From: Octopus sinensis
Taxonomy: Eukaryota
Direction of reading: 5' to 3'
NCBI RefSeq assembly: GCF_006345805.1
Contig: NC_042998.1
Location: 152,644,001-152,708,000 of the forward strand
DNA length: 64,000 nt
Shown piece by piece: positions 24,340 through 37,124 of this stretch. Numbering within the stretch: the stretch's first letter is position 1; each line of letters begins with the position of its first letter. Both the position numbers and the translations under genes were made by a program. The notes beneath the pieces were generated by a model. It was not told the origin of the DNA. It saw only the letters and a list, made by a program, of their open reading frames with translations, and searched no databases.

Positions 24340-25478
24340 GACAACCTGCTGAAAGCCACTGACCAGATCTGTGGCTGGTGCAAAGTCCCCTCAAGACCCA
24401 AAATAACGTGGTGGTGGAACAATATTGTTGACAGGGCTATTAGACAAAAGAAACAGGCTTGAAAGGACTGGAAGAATGGTGGTAGCAGGGAAGTGTATCA
24501 GACTGCCAGAAGGGAAGCTAGGAGGCAGGTGTATTTAGCCAGAGGGGAAGCAGATAAGAAAAAATTTGCCAATGTTCTGCGCCGTGAGGATGAAAGACTT
24601 GAGGTATTTCGTGTTGCAAGACAGTGTGTGCGAGAGAATCGTGACATGGTAGGAGAGAAATGTGTTCGCAAGGATGACGGTTCACTTGCGCTAAATGAGG
24701 ATGCAAAGAGAGAGGTTTGGAGACGCCACTATAAAAGGTTGCTGAATGAGGAAAACGAATGAGATAAAGAGAGTCTGCTGAATGTTGACCCAACAGAGGG
24801 ACAAGCAATCCGAGTTGACAGTTCCTTAGTAGTTAAGGCAATTACAAGCATGAAAACAGGGAAAGCCCCAGGCCCATCAGGAATTACTGCAGAGATGCTC
24901 AAAATATCTGGTAGTGTTGGCTATAGCCTAGTCACCCGTATAGTTAACCAGGTGATACACGAAGGAGTCATACCCAATGACTGGTGTAGCAGCATAATAG
25001 TCAACTGCTATAAAGATAAAGGTGACGCCCTAGATACAAATAACTACAGGGGTATCAAGCTGCTGGATCAGATAATGATGGTTATGGAGAGGGTTATAGC
25101 CCAACTAATTAGAGAGAGAGTTAGCTTAGATGAGATGCAGTTTGGGTTCGTGCCAGGGAAAAGTACTACTGATGCTATATTCCTGGTAAGACAGCTGCAG
25201 GAGAAATACCTAGCCAAAGATAAGCCCCTGTACCTGGCTTTTGTTGACATGGAGAAAGTCTTCGACAGGGTCCCTCGATCCCTTATCTGGTGGTCAATGA
25301 GGAAACTAGGGATAGATGAATGGTTAGTGAGAGCTGTGCGAGCCATGTACAGAGATGCTGCTAGTAAGGTGAGGGTTGGCAACGAGTACAGTGAAGAATT
25401 TCGGGTAGAGGTTGGGGTCCACCAAGGTTCAGTCCCCTCCTATTTATCATAGTCTTCTAGGCAATAATAGAGGAATTA
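24340..25478 (+). mobile_element. RTE LINE internal fragment (linker plus RT domains)
   Basis: ORF 24850-25452 MKTGKAPGPSGITAEMLK...NYRGIKLL...QFGFVPGKSTTDAIF...AFVDMEKVFDRVPR...GVHQGS. Confidence 0.95.
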
Positions 25479-25599
25479 TATTCCATCCCTAGAGATCCTA
25501 AATGAACTTGGCCCACAAAGTGCAGTTTACTATTCTTTTGTATTTCAAAAAATAAACAGTTATGTAAACTGGCTTAAATTTTGAAGCAGTAGCTCCTGT

Positions 25600-27330
25600 G
25601 TAATAAATGATACTCCCTGGTGTTTTGACTGAGCACTTATTATATTATACCTCAGACATTGGGTGTCTTAAAGACATTTATCACATTTCTGACAGTTTCA
25701 CATTCTATTAGGTATTTTGTCATAAGATGTTTTATTTATTCTATTAGACTTGATGTTATTAGAGTAGATACCATATTATTATCAACACCAGTTTTTGCAC
25801 CAGAGAGATGTATTTTATTTGTAGTGGACCCAGAACGGTCTATACATTTTTTAATAAATGTACATGCATTATTTCTGAGAGCATGCAGTTTCTTACTGTT
25901 AATAGCTTCAATAGTATCTGCTAAATTAGGTGTAGTGGAATAAGCAACTTCATGGTATGTCTATCTAATACTTTAAAGAAAATTCCTGAAATATCTGTGG
26001 CTACATGAATTATGTATGGACCATTATATCATATGATATTGCCATTATGTACTCTAGTTCTAATTTTGTTTCCATAATCTATATTGATATAGTCATTTTA
26101 ATGTATGTGTGTTAGTTCCACATGTATGTATGTATGGAGTATTAGGATCGTTCCTAGAGTTAAACATCTCATTATTATGATTGGTCCTTTAGAATGTGCC
26201 TAATTGGGGATCAATCTTTGAATTACCCATATATTTACTAGGGCATTTAGACAATTTTTTTAACTAGAAGATAATTTTCATTACTCACTTTGTGGACTGT
26301 CTTATTTTTTCTACCACTATCTATGTTATAAGCAATCCTATTTTTATGTCTATTATTATAACTATAATTCATATTACCTTGAAGTTTATTGCATCTATGC
26401 TCTAGTGAGTGTAGTTTACTGTTCTCGAAGATTTTCTTAGTATTTCTCTTGGAAATATTACAGAAGTACTCAGCATATCCTGCCCTAGGCAAAGTGGCAT
26501 TATATTACGTACACCTTAAGAAAATCTTATTAGCTGATAACTTAGGTATCCTAAATGAAGCACAACTATGGGTTTAATAACAGCTTGAGGATCGATAGAG
26601 TCATTGTTGACATATTGTAGGTTTTCAGTGGATTTGTGGTATGGATGTACAAAGGTCTAATACTACATCTAGAAAGTTCACTATTTTATAGTCCTGCTCT
26701 AAAGAGATAGAAAGTCTTAAGTTTTATATTTTAAAAAAATTCAAGTTTTTTTCCTTTGCTTCTTTAATACACTTATCAAAAGTGAACAGAGTATACTTTC
26801 AATAAAACTCACTACCTATTTCCAGGAGCTCTTTATTAATACAGTATAAAATCCAATAGGTCAGTAACTTGTGCCAACTCACATAATCTCATGGGTTATG
26901 TCAAAGTTGTTAAGTGTAACTTTCTTGTCAATTACTTACCCTCAGGTTCAATTATCATTTTCCTAGCTACTAAGCATTCTATTTTTTATATCCTTAAACT
27001 AATCAGTTACTTCAAAGCAGTTTGACCACATTTTTAGTTCAAGTAGCCACCAAATATAATATTTGGTTGACTGATTTTTATGTATCCTTTCCATGTCTGA
27101 CTTAGATGAGTAGATGAGCCTTACAGTAAGACAAAATTAAGTCTTATGGTCGTTTAGGTTTATGGAAAAAGTTTTGGATCCTATTTTCTACCTTAACCTT
27201 ACTAACTATATTTCATCCCTAAAATCAATGCAATTCAGATGAGAAACAGATGGTAATTTATAGTCTTTCTAAAGTTCTGTATTTATAAGAGTTCTATAAG
27301 AGTCAATATCAAGATTATATATGTTACCAG
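25600..27330 (-). mobile_element. decayed Penelope-like element (RT remnant)
   Basis: Minus-strand FDITM... (about 26890-26910) and KIVNFLDVVLDL (about 26655-26695) motifs typical of PLE RT. Confidence 0.6.
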
Positions 27331-27334
27331 TTTT

Positions 27335-28190
27335 GACCAGGAGTAGAAGCATATATAAAGTAGGTATCACTATGGATTTTTGAAAATATTTAAACATAAT
27401 TTCTAATGTACTTTTTCTTGGAGAACATCTAAAAACAAACATATTGATACTTTCATTTGTGAAATTTAGGTGAATATTTTAGGAAATATGACAATTTGAA
27501 TTATGAGTGAATTGGTTGAAATCTTGCTTAATTAATCATATTTGTGATGTCATATCTTTGAAACTGGGGTGATAATCATGTTCAAATTACACAAATTAAT
27601 AGCGACCATGGTATAGCAGTTGCCTATTTTCTTTTTTTGGTGGGGTGTTCTTGGAAAAAAAACTTCTTTTTTACTGTTTTTAAAAATATTTATATAAAGA
27701 CTATTTTGTTAGATGCCACAAACAGTCACTTTTGCAGTGTTTTCAGACCTAATTAAAATCCAAAATTACAAGTCACAAGGACTTGAGTTTTGGCACACAT
27801 GTAGTAGGCATCAAACTAAATAAATCCTGAGATTTTGGAACATGACAATATTTCAATAAAATTTTAGTGGACTATTAAAAATGGCTAAAAATGAAGTTTC
27901 AGATCAGGGCCCCCACATAAGTTGGATTTCCTGTTTTGATGTCCAGAGGTGGAAGGGATGGAATTGGGGTGGTGGAAAAGTCATAAATTAAAAAAAAAAT
28001 TTTTTTTTCATAAAAAGCTTACCCCCATCATTTCCAAGACTGCTTTTGGTCAATTTTGTTTGCACTATGCACTTAAAAACGATGGGAAAAGCATTTTTGG
28101 TAAAAAACAAACTTTGAAAACATTTTCAAATGAAAAGATGTGTGATTTAAGAGAGATTTTGCTGTGGTTTCTAGTACATCACACAACCAA
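27335..28190. mobile_element. non-autonomous interspersed repeat, copy 2
   Basis: Homologous to 20510-21320. Confidence 0.65.
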
Positions 28191-28644
28191 CAAATATCTT
28201 TCTCAAAATTGCATATAGACCTAGATTTAAAAACAAACAAAATGTGAAAACTAATTCCTTGCTTTAAGCATTAAAAGCATAAATTAAAGGCATTAACAAC
28301 ATCTGTAACTTATAACAAACTCGTGAGTAAGACAGGAGAAAAGCCAAAATGAATAAGTAAAAACTGACCCAAATTATCCCGAATGTATTCAATATAAAAA
28401 AAACAAAAACATCACATCTGATTTTAGTAGTCTACAAAATTATATTCACTGCATAATATAATTTTTATTGGCAGAATATGTCTAAAATTTCTCAAAGAAA
28501 ATCAAAATTTACATGTACAATAATATCCACTAAGTTTGTCAAGTGGCTCTCCACATATTAAAACTGTGATGGGGAATAAACAACATTCTGAATACAACAA
28601 TTTCATGCTAAGTTTGGCTCTAGAAGACTTATTAAACTCAATTT

Positions 28645-31600
28645 AGTGCATTTTTTTGTTAGTTTTATATTGTGTGGTGACCACAGATGGGAGCAGTAGT
28701 CCAAGCGGCTGAGGACGAATGTTTTCCATAGGACCATCAGTGTCTCCTTCTCTCTTGTTCTGAAAGTTCGGAGAATCCATCCAGCTAACCGTCTGCATTT
28801 TATCACCAGATTAGCAATATGCACTTGGAAAGATGCATCATTGCTCATGTCAATGCCCAGGTCACGCACTGATTTTGACTCAGGGATTGCAATTCTTCCT
28901 GGGCCAGTTTATCCAGTCTGCACGTCGTTTACCTTTGTGTGCCAGTAGTGCAGGGCCTGGAACGTACCTGCATTAAACTGCATGTTGTTGTCCTCAGCCC
29001 ACCTGTATATTGTGTCCAACTCCTGTTGCAGATGCGCAATATTTTCAAGGTTTTGTATTGGGTGGGAGACTTTTGTGTCATCTGCATAGCTAGCAAGGGT
29101 GGTCATCGTAGCAACTGAAGGCATGTCTGAAAGGGCCACTATGAACATCAGTAGCCCCAAGACAGTGCCCTGTGGGACACCGCTTGTTATTTGCGTTTCC
29201 TTGGAGGTGGCTCCATTGCTCACAACTGTCTGTTTTCTGTCTTTTAGGAAGTTGTGCAGCCACTCTCCAAGTTTCCCGCCTATGCCGAGACCACGCAGTT
29301 TGTGACAGATCATACCATGGTCGACTTTATCAAAGGCTTTTGCAAAGTCAAGATATATTACATCCACATTTGAGCCATTTAGTAGCTGTTTCAACACCCA
29401 GTCATAGTGTTGCAGGAGCTGTGTTAGGCAGCTTCTACCTGGTCAAAATCCATGCTGGGTGTCAGACAGCAAGTCATTTTCTTCAAGGAACATGATTAGT
29501 TTCTTACGGACTATTCGTTCCATGACTTTGCTGATGTGTGAGGTCAGAGAGATAGGCCTATAATTTTTAGCATCTGCTCTGCTACCTCCCTTATGGATAG
29601 GGCATATTACCCCCTCTTTCAATTTGACTGGGAGCTTACCACTTGCAAGAAAGCTCTGAAAAAGAAGCTGTAGCAGTTTTGCAAGGGCTCGTTTGCACGA
29701 TTTGAGAAGGATCGCTGGGAATCCATCAGGTCCAGCAGCTGAGTTTGTGTCAATCTCATCTATGGCTAGCGTGATATCAACTTCGATGTTGATGTACTCA
29801 ATTTTTGCCTCTTTGGCCGCAGGTAAAGTGGCAAAGAATTCTTCTGGGTTGTTTACTTGCCTGTGTCCTAGAGGTGTAGTGAACACACTTTGGAATTGTT
29901 CATTCAGTATTTCACTTATCCTCATGGGATTTCTTGTGAGAGAGCCATCTTTTTGGAAGAGAGGTCCTATTCTCTGGTGCACTGTGGCTGTCTCTTTGGC
30001 AAACTTAAAGAAAGCTTTAGGGTTTGATTTTATATTTTCTATCACCCAAGCTTCTTTATCTGCTCTCTCCTTTTCATGGGACTGATGCAGACTTTTCTCA
30101 GTTTCCATTAGCATTCTCTCGAGCCGAGACTTCTCACCACTTTTGGTGTGCTTGCTCAGGTGGTTCGCAATCCTTGTCCGTCGTCTCATAAGAATCTTCC
30201 TTTCTCTAGGGATCCTGTTTTTGTTTTTGTGTGTGCTGGCCCTGCACACTGGGACATATTTTTCACATATGGCTTGTATTATGGACATGAAGTGTTTGTG
30301 TTTCATGTTTATGTCCGGTGTGGAGAGACATTTAGGCCAATCCTGTTTGAGGATCTCTTTCTCAATCAACTTCCAGTTTGCTTTATGAAAGTTTAAGTTG
30401 GAGAGATGGTGGATGCTTTGTATAGGCTGTGTGTCTATGGGGGCTTTTGTTCCATACATAGACAGCTCTATTATGTTGTGATCCGAGATCATTGTCGGCA
30501 TCACATTAACATTATGGATAATATCCATATTGTTTGTGAAGCAGAGATCCAGTATATTATCTGCCCTTGTTGGTTGCAGAACTATTTGCTCCATGAAAGA
30601 GGCATTTGTGAGATGGAGCAGGGACTCTGCCTGTGCCTGCTGATGGTGTGTCATCCCTGGGAGCATCTGCACCCCCAGGCCATTCCACATTGGGGAGGTT
30701 AAAATCACCCATGAAGAATACGCTGTTGTGTTGGTCAAGGTTGGTGAGGACTTCTATTTTTGTTAGGCAGTCTTCAAACAATGCCTGAGTGATTTGGGGC
30801 ATCTGGTGGGCGATATGTAGTGCATATGACGATATTCAGTTGTCTTATGTGTACAATTTGAGTTTCACACACTGAGTTTGAATATGACAACAGGACCTGG
30901 GGCGTGTGGTAATCTCGGATGTACATTGCAACTCCACCATGGCTCCTCCCTTTTCTATCTGTGCGAATGACTGCATATTGCGGCATGTGTATTTCTGCAT
31001 CACCTATATCGGGTTCAAGATGCGTTTCTGTGAGTGCCATGCATATAGCTTGATTGCATGTCACAAGGTCTCTCAGGAATGAGATTTTCCTTTTACAGTT
31101 TCCACGCAGCAGCCCTCCTACGTTCAGTAGAAATATTTTTGTGGTGTGTGTGTTGGTGTCTGTGGTGGCCATCCTGCATCTGTTGGTGGTGGCCTTATGT
31201 GGTGGTAGTTCCAGCTTTGTGCTTGTAGCCAGGTCAGCTGCTGAACAATTTTTTGTGCCATGCACAAAAAAGATTGCTGTTCAGCTGCTGCCCTTCTCGC
31301 ACCTGGGTGAAGCTGGCCATTTGTTGGGTTACCGTGCACCACATCCGCATATCGTCTTTCAGGAGTGGTCAGTGCACTTTTTTTCCTTCTTTTATATTTT
31401 TCTTTTTCTTTTTGTTCTCCCCAAGGAAGGGACCCCTGTCTTGCATCCGTGCGGTTTTGGTAGGGCCTCTGATGTGCAAAGCGACAGTTTGCACCTTCGA
31501 CGCCGTACCAGCAGTCCCCCTTCAGGTAGAATTTGCAGATGTTTCTTTCTTTGCCATTATAGTTCTTGCTGGGGTCCTTTTGTTTTCTCTGGAGAGGGTT

Positions 31601-33050
31601 TCTTTAGCTTTGATTTTGTTGCCTTTTACCTCCTGTTTCCCATCAATTTTAGGGTGCTTTTCTTTTCTTGTGGCCATCGCACTTCTTTGGTCTTCAGTTG
31701 TGGTGTTGGGAGCTGGACATGTGTCATTGTTTCCCTGTGTTCTAGTTTTCTCAGTTTTGTTTTTTGTTGGGTCCTGGATGTTTTCTTCATCCTTTTGGCC
31801 TTCCCTGGTGCCGTCACCTCCTAGGATGATGTCCAGAGTGTCTACATGTTGCCTGATTAGAGCGTATGAACGGATAAATTCTCGTTTCTTTCGCTCTATC
31901 TGGGCGGTGGTTCTTGAAAAATCATTGCTCTTCAGTGCCGCTGCAATGATATTGTTCGGCGAGTAGTCCTCGGCAATCTTCCAAGTGCGGACGAACAATT
32001 GCAACTCTCTCGCAGACCAGTTTCTTGACATTTTCGCCTGAGATATAGTGAGAGTGAAATATAGGAACAGAGAGAGAAGGAAAGATAAGATGGTTGACCG
32101 GAGAGGGAGAGGAGAAAGGAGAAAAGCCAGGGGGGATACAGAGAGAGACGAGGGGATTGTCATGAGAGAAGAGAGAAAAAAGAGAAAAAGACAAAAAAAA
32201 GAGAGAAAAAAGAGAAAGAATGGCAGGTCAGCAGGGGGGAGAGTGAGCAGGATAGAGGTGTAGTAGAAAGAAAGTAAAGGGACAGGGAGGAAAAGAGAGA
32301 CAAGAGGATGAACCCTAGGGGGAGCAGGGAGAAGAAAGGCGGAGAGATAAAATGGAGAGGGAGAGAGAGAGAGGGCGGGATAGAGGTATGAGGGAGTGAA
32401 GTAAAGGGACAGAGAGGGTGGTGTGGAGGAAGGAGACAGAAAGAGGAAAAAAGAGACAAGGGGTGAGCCTTAGAGGGAGCAGGGAGAGGATATGTAGGAA
32501 GAAAAAGGGGGAGAGGGAAAGAGGGGGTGCAACAGAGGTGCAAGAGAGTGTAGTAAAGGGACAGGGAGGGTGGTGTAGAGAAAGAAATAAGGGGACAGAA
32601 GGGGAAGAGGAAAAGGGGTTTGACCTGTGAGGGAGCGTAGAGAAAAGAGGCAGAGAGAGGGAAGGGGAGTAACAGAGAGAGAGAGAGAGAAAGAGGGCGG
32701 TATATAGATACAAGAGAGAATGAGTGAAGTTGAGGAACTGAGAGGGGGGTGAGATGTGAGAAAGTTGATCTGAGAGAGAGATGCAGAAAGAGAAACGATG
32801 GCAGAGAGAGAGAGAGAGAGGGAGGAGGGGAGAGTGAGAGCGGAAATAGAGGGTCTGGTGGATGGAGAGACAGATAAGGTATAAAAATGTAAGAAAGAGA
32901 TAGAAATGTAAGAAATGAAAGAGATAGAAATAGAAATGTAAGAAAGAGAGAGAGAGAGAGAGTGGCAGATTGGGAAGACGAATCTAAACAAACGCGTTAA
33001 AGATAGAATAGCGCGTATTTTTTATATCTTTGTTTCTTTTTTTAATTATT
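28645..33050 (-). mobile_element. CR1-like LINE, near full-length but 3'-truncated (5' UTR, ORF1, APE, RT; frameshifted)
   Basis: APE: LNVGGL, ALTETHL, RTDRKGRSHGGVAMY, YRPP, MGDFNLP, LDLCFTN, SDHN. RT: SAAGPDG, NYRPISLTS, QHGF, YLDFAKAFDKVDH, SGVPQGTVLG, YADDTK. ORF1 starts at ATG 32031; CT-rich 5' UTR. Confidence 0.93.
31472..32031 (-). pseudogene. LINE ORF1 remnant: Myb/SANT-like N-terminus plus CCCH zinc finger (frameshifted)
   Basis: MSRNWSARELQLFVRTW...IAAALKSNDFSRTTAQIERK; 31472-31537 reads CKFYLKGDCWYGVEGANCRFAH in another frame. Confidence 0.7.
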
Positions 33051-33631
33051 ATCTTCTGGTTGAGAGAACACTAATAATAATAAATAATATTTTTCCTTAC
33101 CTTACCGGCTGACAGAATACGTACCGTGATTCCGTTTTATAAGAAAGGAAGATAGATACTAAGATAGACCTTTGATATTCCTCACTTGTATTTTGTAAAC
33201 AAAAGGAAAGAATAGAGTTTCGATTTCGTAGATGCAAAAATTAACGATACTTTCTATATTTTCTTAAGCAATTTGGTATTAGGCAGCAAATTTTCAGAGG
33301 CTTTCAAAACACGCAAATATACGACATCAAGAGCGAAAATATCCTTCTCAAAAATACTGTGTCTTGTTGTTTCACAGACAAAAATTCCCTTCGATTTCAG
33401 GAAGTAATACACGTGCTTGCAACACATGTACTCGCGAGGTATGTTCTAGTTGCAAATACTATATCAAAAGCGAAAATATTCTTCTCAAATACAGTGTCTT
33501 GTCATACTTTCACTTGGATTCGCTTTACAGACAAATTCCACTTCTGATAACATCGATCTCTTGAAGGACTTCTTTAATCTTTAGGAGAGACACATTAGCA
33601 CACACTTGTTGTTAGTTCGGCGCCATCTTGG

Positions 33632-33698
<67 letters not shown>

Positions 33699-33814
33699 GT
33701 GTATATAATATATATATATATATATGTGTATATATATATATGTATATATATATATATGTGTGTATATATATATATATATGTGTATATATATATATATATA
33801 GTATATATATATAT

Positions 33815-34130
33815 AGGAGAGGAAAGGTAGGAAGAAAAAGGGGGGAGAGGGAAAGAGGGGGCGCGACAGAGGTGCAAGAGAGTGTAGTGAAGGGACAGGG
33901 AGGGTGGTGTAGAGAAAGAAATAAGGGGACAGAAGGGGAAGAGGAAAAGGGGTTTGACCTAAGAGGGAGCGTAGAGAAAAGAGGCAGAGAGAGGGAGGGG
34001 AAGTAACAGAGAGAGAGAGAGAGAGAGTGTGGCAAGTACGGAGGACGAAAATGTAAACAAACGCGTTAAAGATAGAATAGCGCGTATTTTTTATATTTTT
34101 TATATCTTTTTTTTAATTATTATCCTAAAA
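33815..34130 (-). repeat. duplicate of the CR1-like LINE 5' UTR
   Basis: Matches 32495-32690 and 32985-33050 (aaacaaacgcgttaaagatagaatagcgcgtattttttatat). Confidence 0.9.
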
Positions 34131-34144
34131 TTATTATCCTTAAA

Positions 34145-34972
34145 AATGTTTCAGCCCGAAGGCTGTGACCATGCTGGGGCACCAACGCTGAATGAGCTAC
34201 ACTAATATGTGAATCCACCTATGATACGTGACGCTTTGTCAACAAGGGAGTTCGATGCCGCTGCCCGCATCTGTGTCTCATGTCGTAAGGTAGGTTCATC
34301 TGGGACCACTGACAAGAAGAGATCCAGTTTAGTTTTAAAGAAACCCACATCCACACCATACAAGTAAGTCTCTCAGGCCTTTAGGGAGGATGTTAAAGAG
34401 CTGTGGTCCTCTGAAACCCAAGCTGTTGCAGTATCTAGTCCTGTACTTTCATGGTGATGTTGGAATCTTTGGCACCATGCATTTGCGCCCCGTTCTGCGG
34501 ATGGGGTAACTTTGAATGCCAAAGTTTGGAACAAGACCCTCCAGGATTTTCCACATGTATATCACTGCATATCTCTCCCGCCTTTGCTCTAGGGAGAAGA
34601 GTTTTAATACTTTAAGTCTTTCATAGTAGCTGATATTTTGCATTGAGATGATCGTCTTTGTGTAGCTTCTTTGAATTGCTTCGAGTTCTGCTGTTAGTTT
34701 TATATTGTGTGGTGACCATAGTTGGGAGCAGTAGTCCAAGCGGGTGAGGACGAAAGTTTTTCAGAGGACCATCAGTGTCTCTTTCTCTCTTGTTCTGAAA
34801 GTTCAGAGAATCAATCCAGCTAGCCATCTGCATTTTATCACCAGATTAGTAATATGCACTTGGAAAGATGCATCATTGTTCATGTCAATGCCTAGGTCAT
34901 GCACCGATTTTGACTCAGGAATTGCAATTTTTCCTGGGCCAGTTTATCCAGTCTGCATGTCGTTTACCTTTC
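34145..34972 (-). mobile_element. CR1-like LINE 3' end (same family as 28645-33050)
   Basis: LDYCSQLWSPHNIKL...SLEQRRERYAVIY; 34695-34970 is nearly identical to 28645-28935; 3' terminus cagcatggtcacagccttcgggctgaaac. Confidence 0.92.
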
Positions 34973-34984
34973 TTTGTGTACCGG

Positions 34985-35019
<35 letters not shown>

Positions 35020-35056
35020 ATATATACATATATATGTATGTAAATATATGTATATA

Positions 35057-36132
35057 TAGTGAGCGGTATTCCACAGGGCACTGTCTTGGGACCATTGCTT
35101 TTTAAAGTGGCCCTCTCAGATATGCCCTCAAATGCCCGGATAGCCACTCTGGCAAGCTATGCAGACGATACGAAAGTCTCGCAGATAATACAGAACACCA
35201 GCGATGTTGCACACCTGCAGCAGGAGTTGGACTTAATCTACAGATGGGCTGAGGATAATAATATGCAGTTTAATGCTGAAAAGTTCCAGGCCCTGCGCTA
35301 CCAGAATCCAAAACTGAATATTAAAATTACAGGATACACCGGTCCACAGGGAATTTCAATCCCAGAGCCTAAGTCTGTGAGGGACCTGGGTATCAACATG
35401 AGTGATGATACCTCTTTCCAAGTGCACATTACCAGGATGGCGACAAAGAGCAGACGACTGGCTGGGTGGATCATAAGAACATTCAGAACCAGAGATAAGG
35501 AAACCATGATGGTCCACTGGTGGACATTTGTCCTCAGCCGCCTGGATTACTGCTCACAGCTATGGTCACCCACCAGTGTAAAATTAACTGCGGACCTTGA
35601 AGCAATCCAGAGAAGATTCACAAAGAAGATCGTCTCTTTGCAACAGCTCAGCTACTGGGAAAGGTTGAAACAGCTAAAACTCTACTCCCTGAAGAGAAGA
35701 CGGGAGAGGTATGCAGTAATATATGTCTGGAAGATCCTGGAAGGAATGGTGCCAAATTTTGGCATTGTAAGCCACACCAATGCATAGTGCCAAAGATCCC
35801 AGCAATGCCATCACACTTCAGGACCAGCTTCTGCAACAGCCTGGGTTTCAAGGGCCCACAGCTTTTTAATATTCTCCCAAAGAGTCTGAGGAACTTGCAC
35901 AAAGTAGATGTAGCGGATTTTAAATCAAAGCTGGACATCTTCCTGTCGAGAGTCCCAGATGAACCTACCTCACTGCAAGAGGTGCAAATGAGAGTAGCTA
36001 TATCAAACTCCATTCTTCACCAAGTGCCACATATTAGACGAGGTTCTTCGCAATAACAGTGTAGCACAAAACGGCGGTGTATCAGCATGGCCGCAGCTCT
36101 GAGCTGAAAATAGAGGAAAATAAAAAAAAAAA
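35057..36132 (+). mobile_element. CR1-like LINE, 5'-truncated, with A-rich tail
   Basis: SGIPQGTVLGP, YADDTK, LDYCSQLWSP, SLKRRRERY, GPQLFNILP; tail gctgaaaatagaggaaaataaaaaa. Confidence 0.93.
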
Positions 36133-36147
36133 ATATATATATGTATG

Positions 36148-36188
<41 letters not shown>

Positions 36189-36299
36189 ATATATATATGT
36201 ATGTATATATAAGTATGTATATATATGTATGTATAGGTGAGAAAGTTGGTGTGTGAAACCACGTGGTTGGATATATAGAAAATAGAAAAGAGTGAAAAA

Positions 36300-36778
36300 A
36301 CTACAGAAGGCTTGTTTTATAAGGTTAAAGAATATATTTAAGCCGTTATGTTAGAAGAATGTTATAAAATTTTTCATACAGTAAGAAATTACCGGTTTCG
36401 TGTTAACTTTTCAAATTTCTCAAATGTCTTTACCTACATCGTGTTATGTCTTCGTTATGCAGTGCAAAGAGGAGTTCCAGGTAGGGGGAGGTAATAAGCG
36501 ATTTCTTCCAGTATAAGGGAACTAATCGCTTTATATTTCTTTTCCCTTATTTAATGAGGTGAGTTTCTCTGTATAAGAATGTTAGAATGGTTGAGTTTAG
36601 GCTTATATTTTTCAATGAAGAATGTTTCCTTGATGAATCTTATTTGTGTTGGTGTTCCAATAGCACATTGAAAGAATGGAAAGTTTAAAAATTGTGGTAG
36701 TAGTTGCTTTGCGCATTTCTCAATATGTTCACTAAAGCGTATCATTCTGTATTCTGGGAATGCAATCTGTTGTCGATG

Positions 36779-36818
<40 letters not shown>

Positions 36819-37124
36819 CATATATATATGTATATACATATATATATATATATGTATATACATATATATCCCGTGGACCCCACATAGTTTTGGTGACAGC
36901 CCAAGCACCTTATGACATAAATTATGTTTTCAGAATCACAAGCAAAATTAGATCTGATCTTCAATTTTTGTCCCTCTTTGAAAAGGAATTCTGATCCTTC
37001 TAGAAGGTTTGGGCATGTTGCGCAGTTTGGTCTACCACATATTTTTGCTTTTGCAACCGTAATTTCAGAAGACAATTTTGCCTTTGTGAGAATCTTTTTA
37101 AGTGATTTAGGTTGTTTGTAGCTT
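36300..37124 (-). mobile_element. Penelope-like element, GIY-YIG endonuclease end, interrupted by (TA)n
   Basis: CGRPNCATCPNL...[26 protein letters not shown]...HRQQI...SEHIEKC...ETFFIEKYKPKLN. Confidence 0.9.

Noticed and set aside
31054-31966. Long hydrophobic plus-strand ORFs (256 and 237 aa)
   Set aside because: Antisense shadows of the A-rich LINE ORF1/ORF2
32160-32991. Ser/Leu/Pro-rich ORFs
   Set aside because: CT/GA low-complexity LINE 5' UTR
33581-34035. YI/IY-rich ORFs (also 34868-35059, 36017-36262, 38365-39088)
   Set aside because: Translations of (TA)n microsatellites
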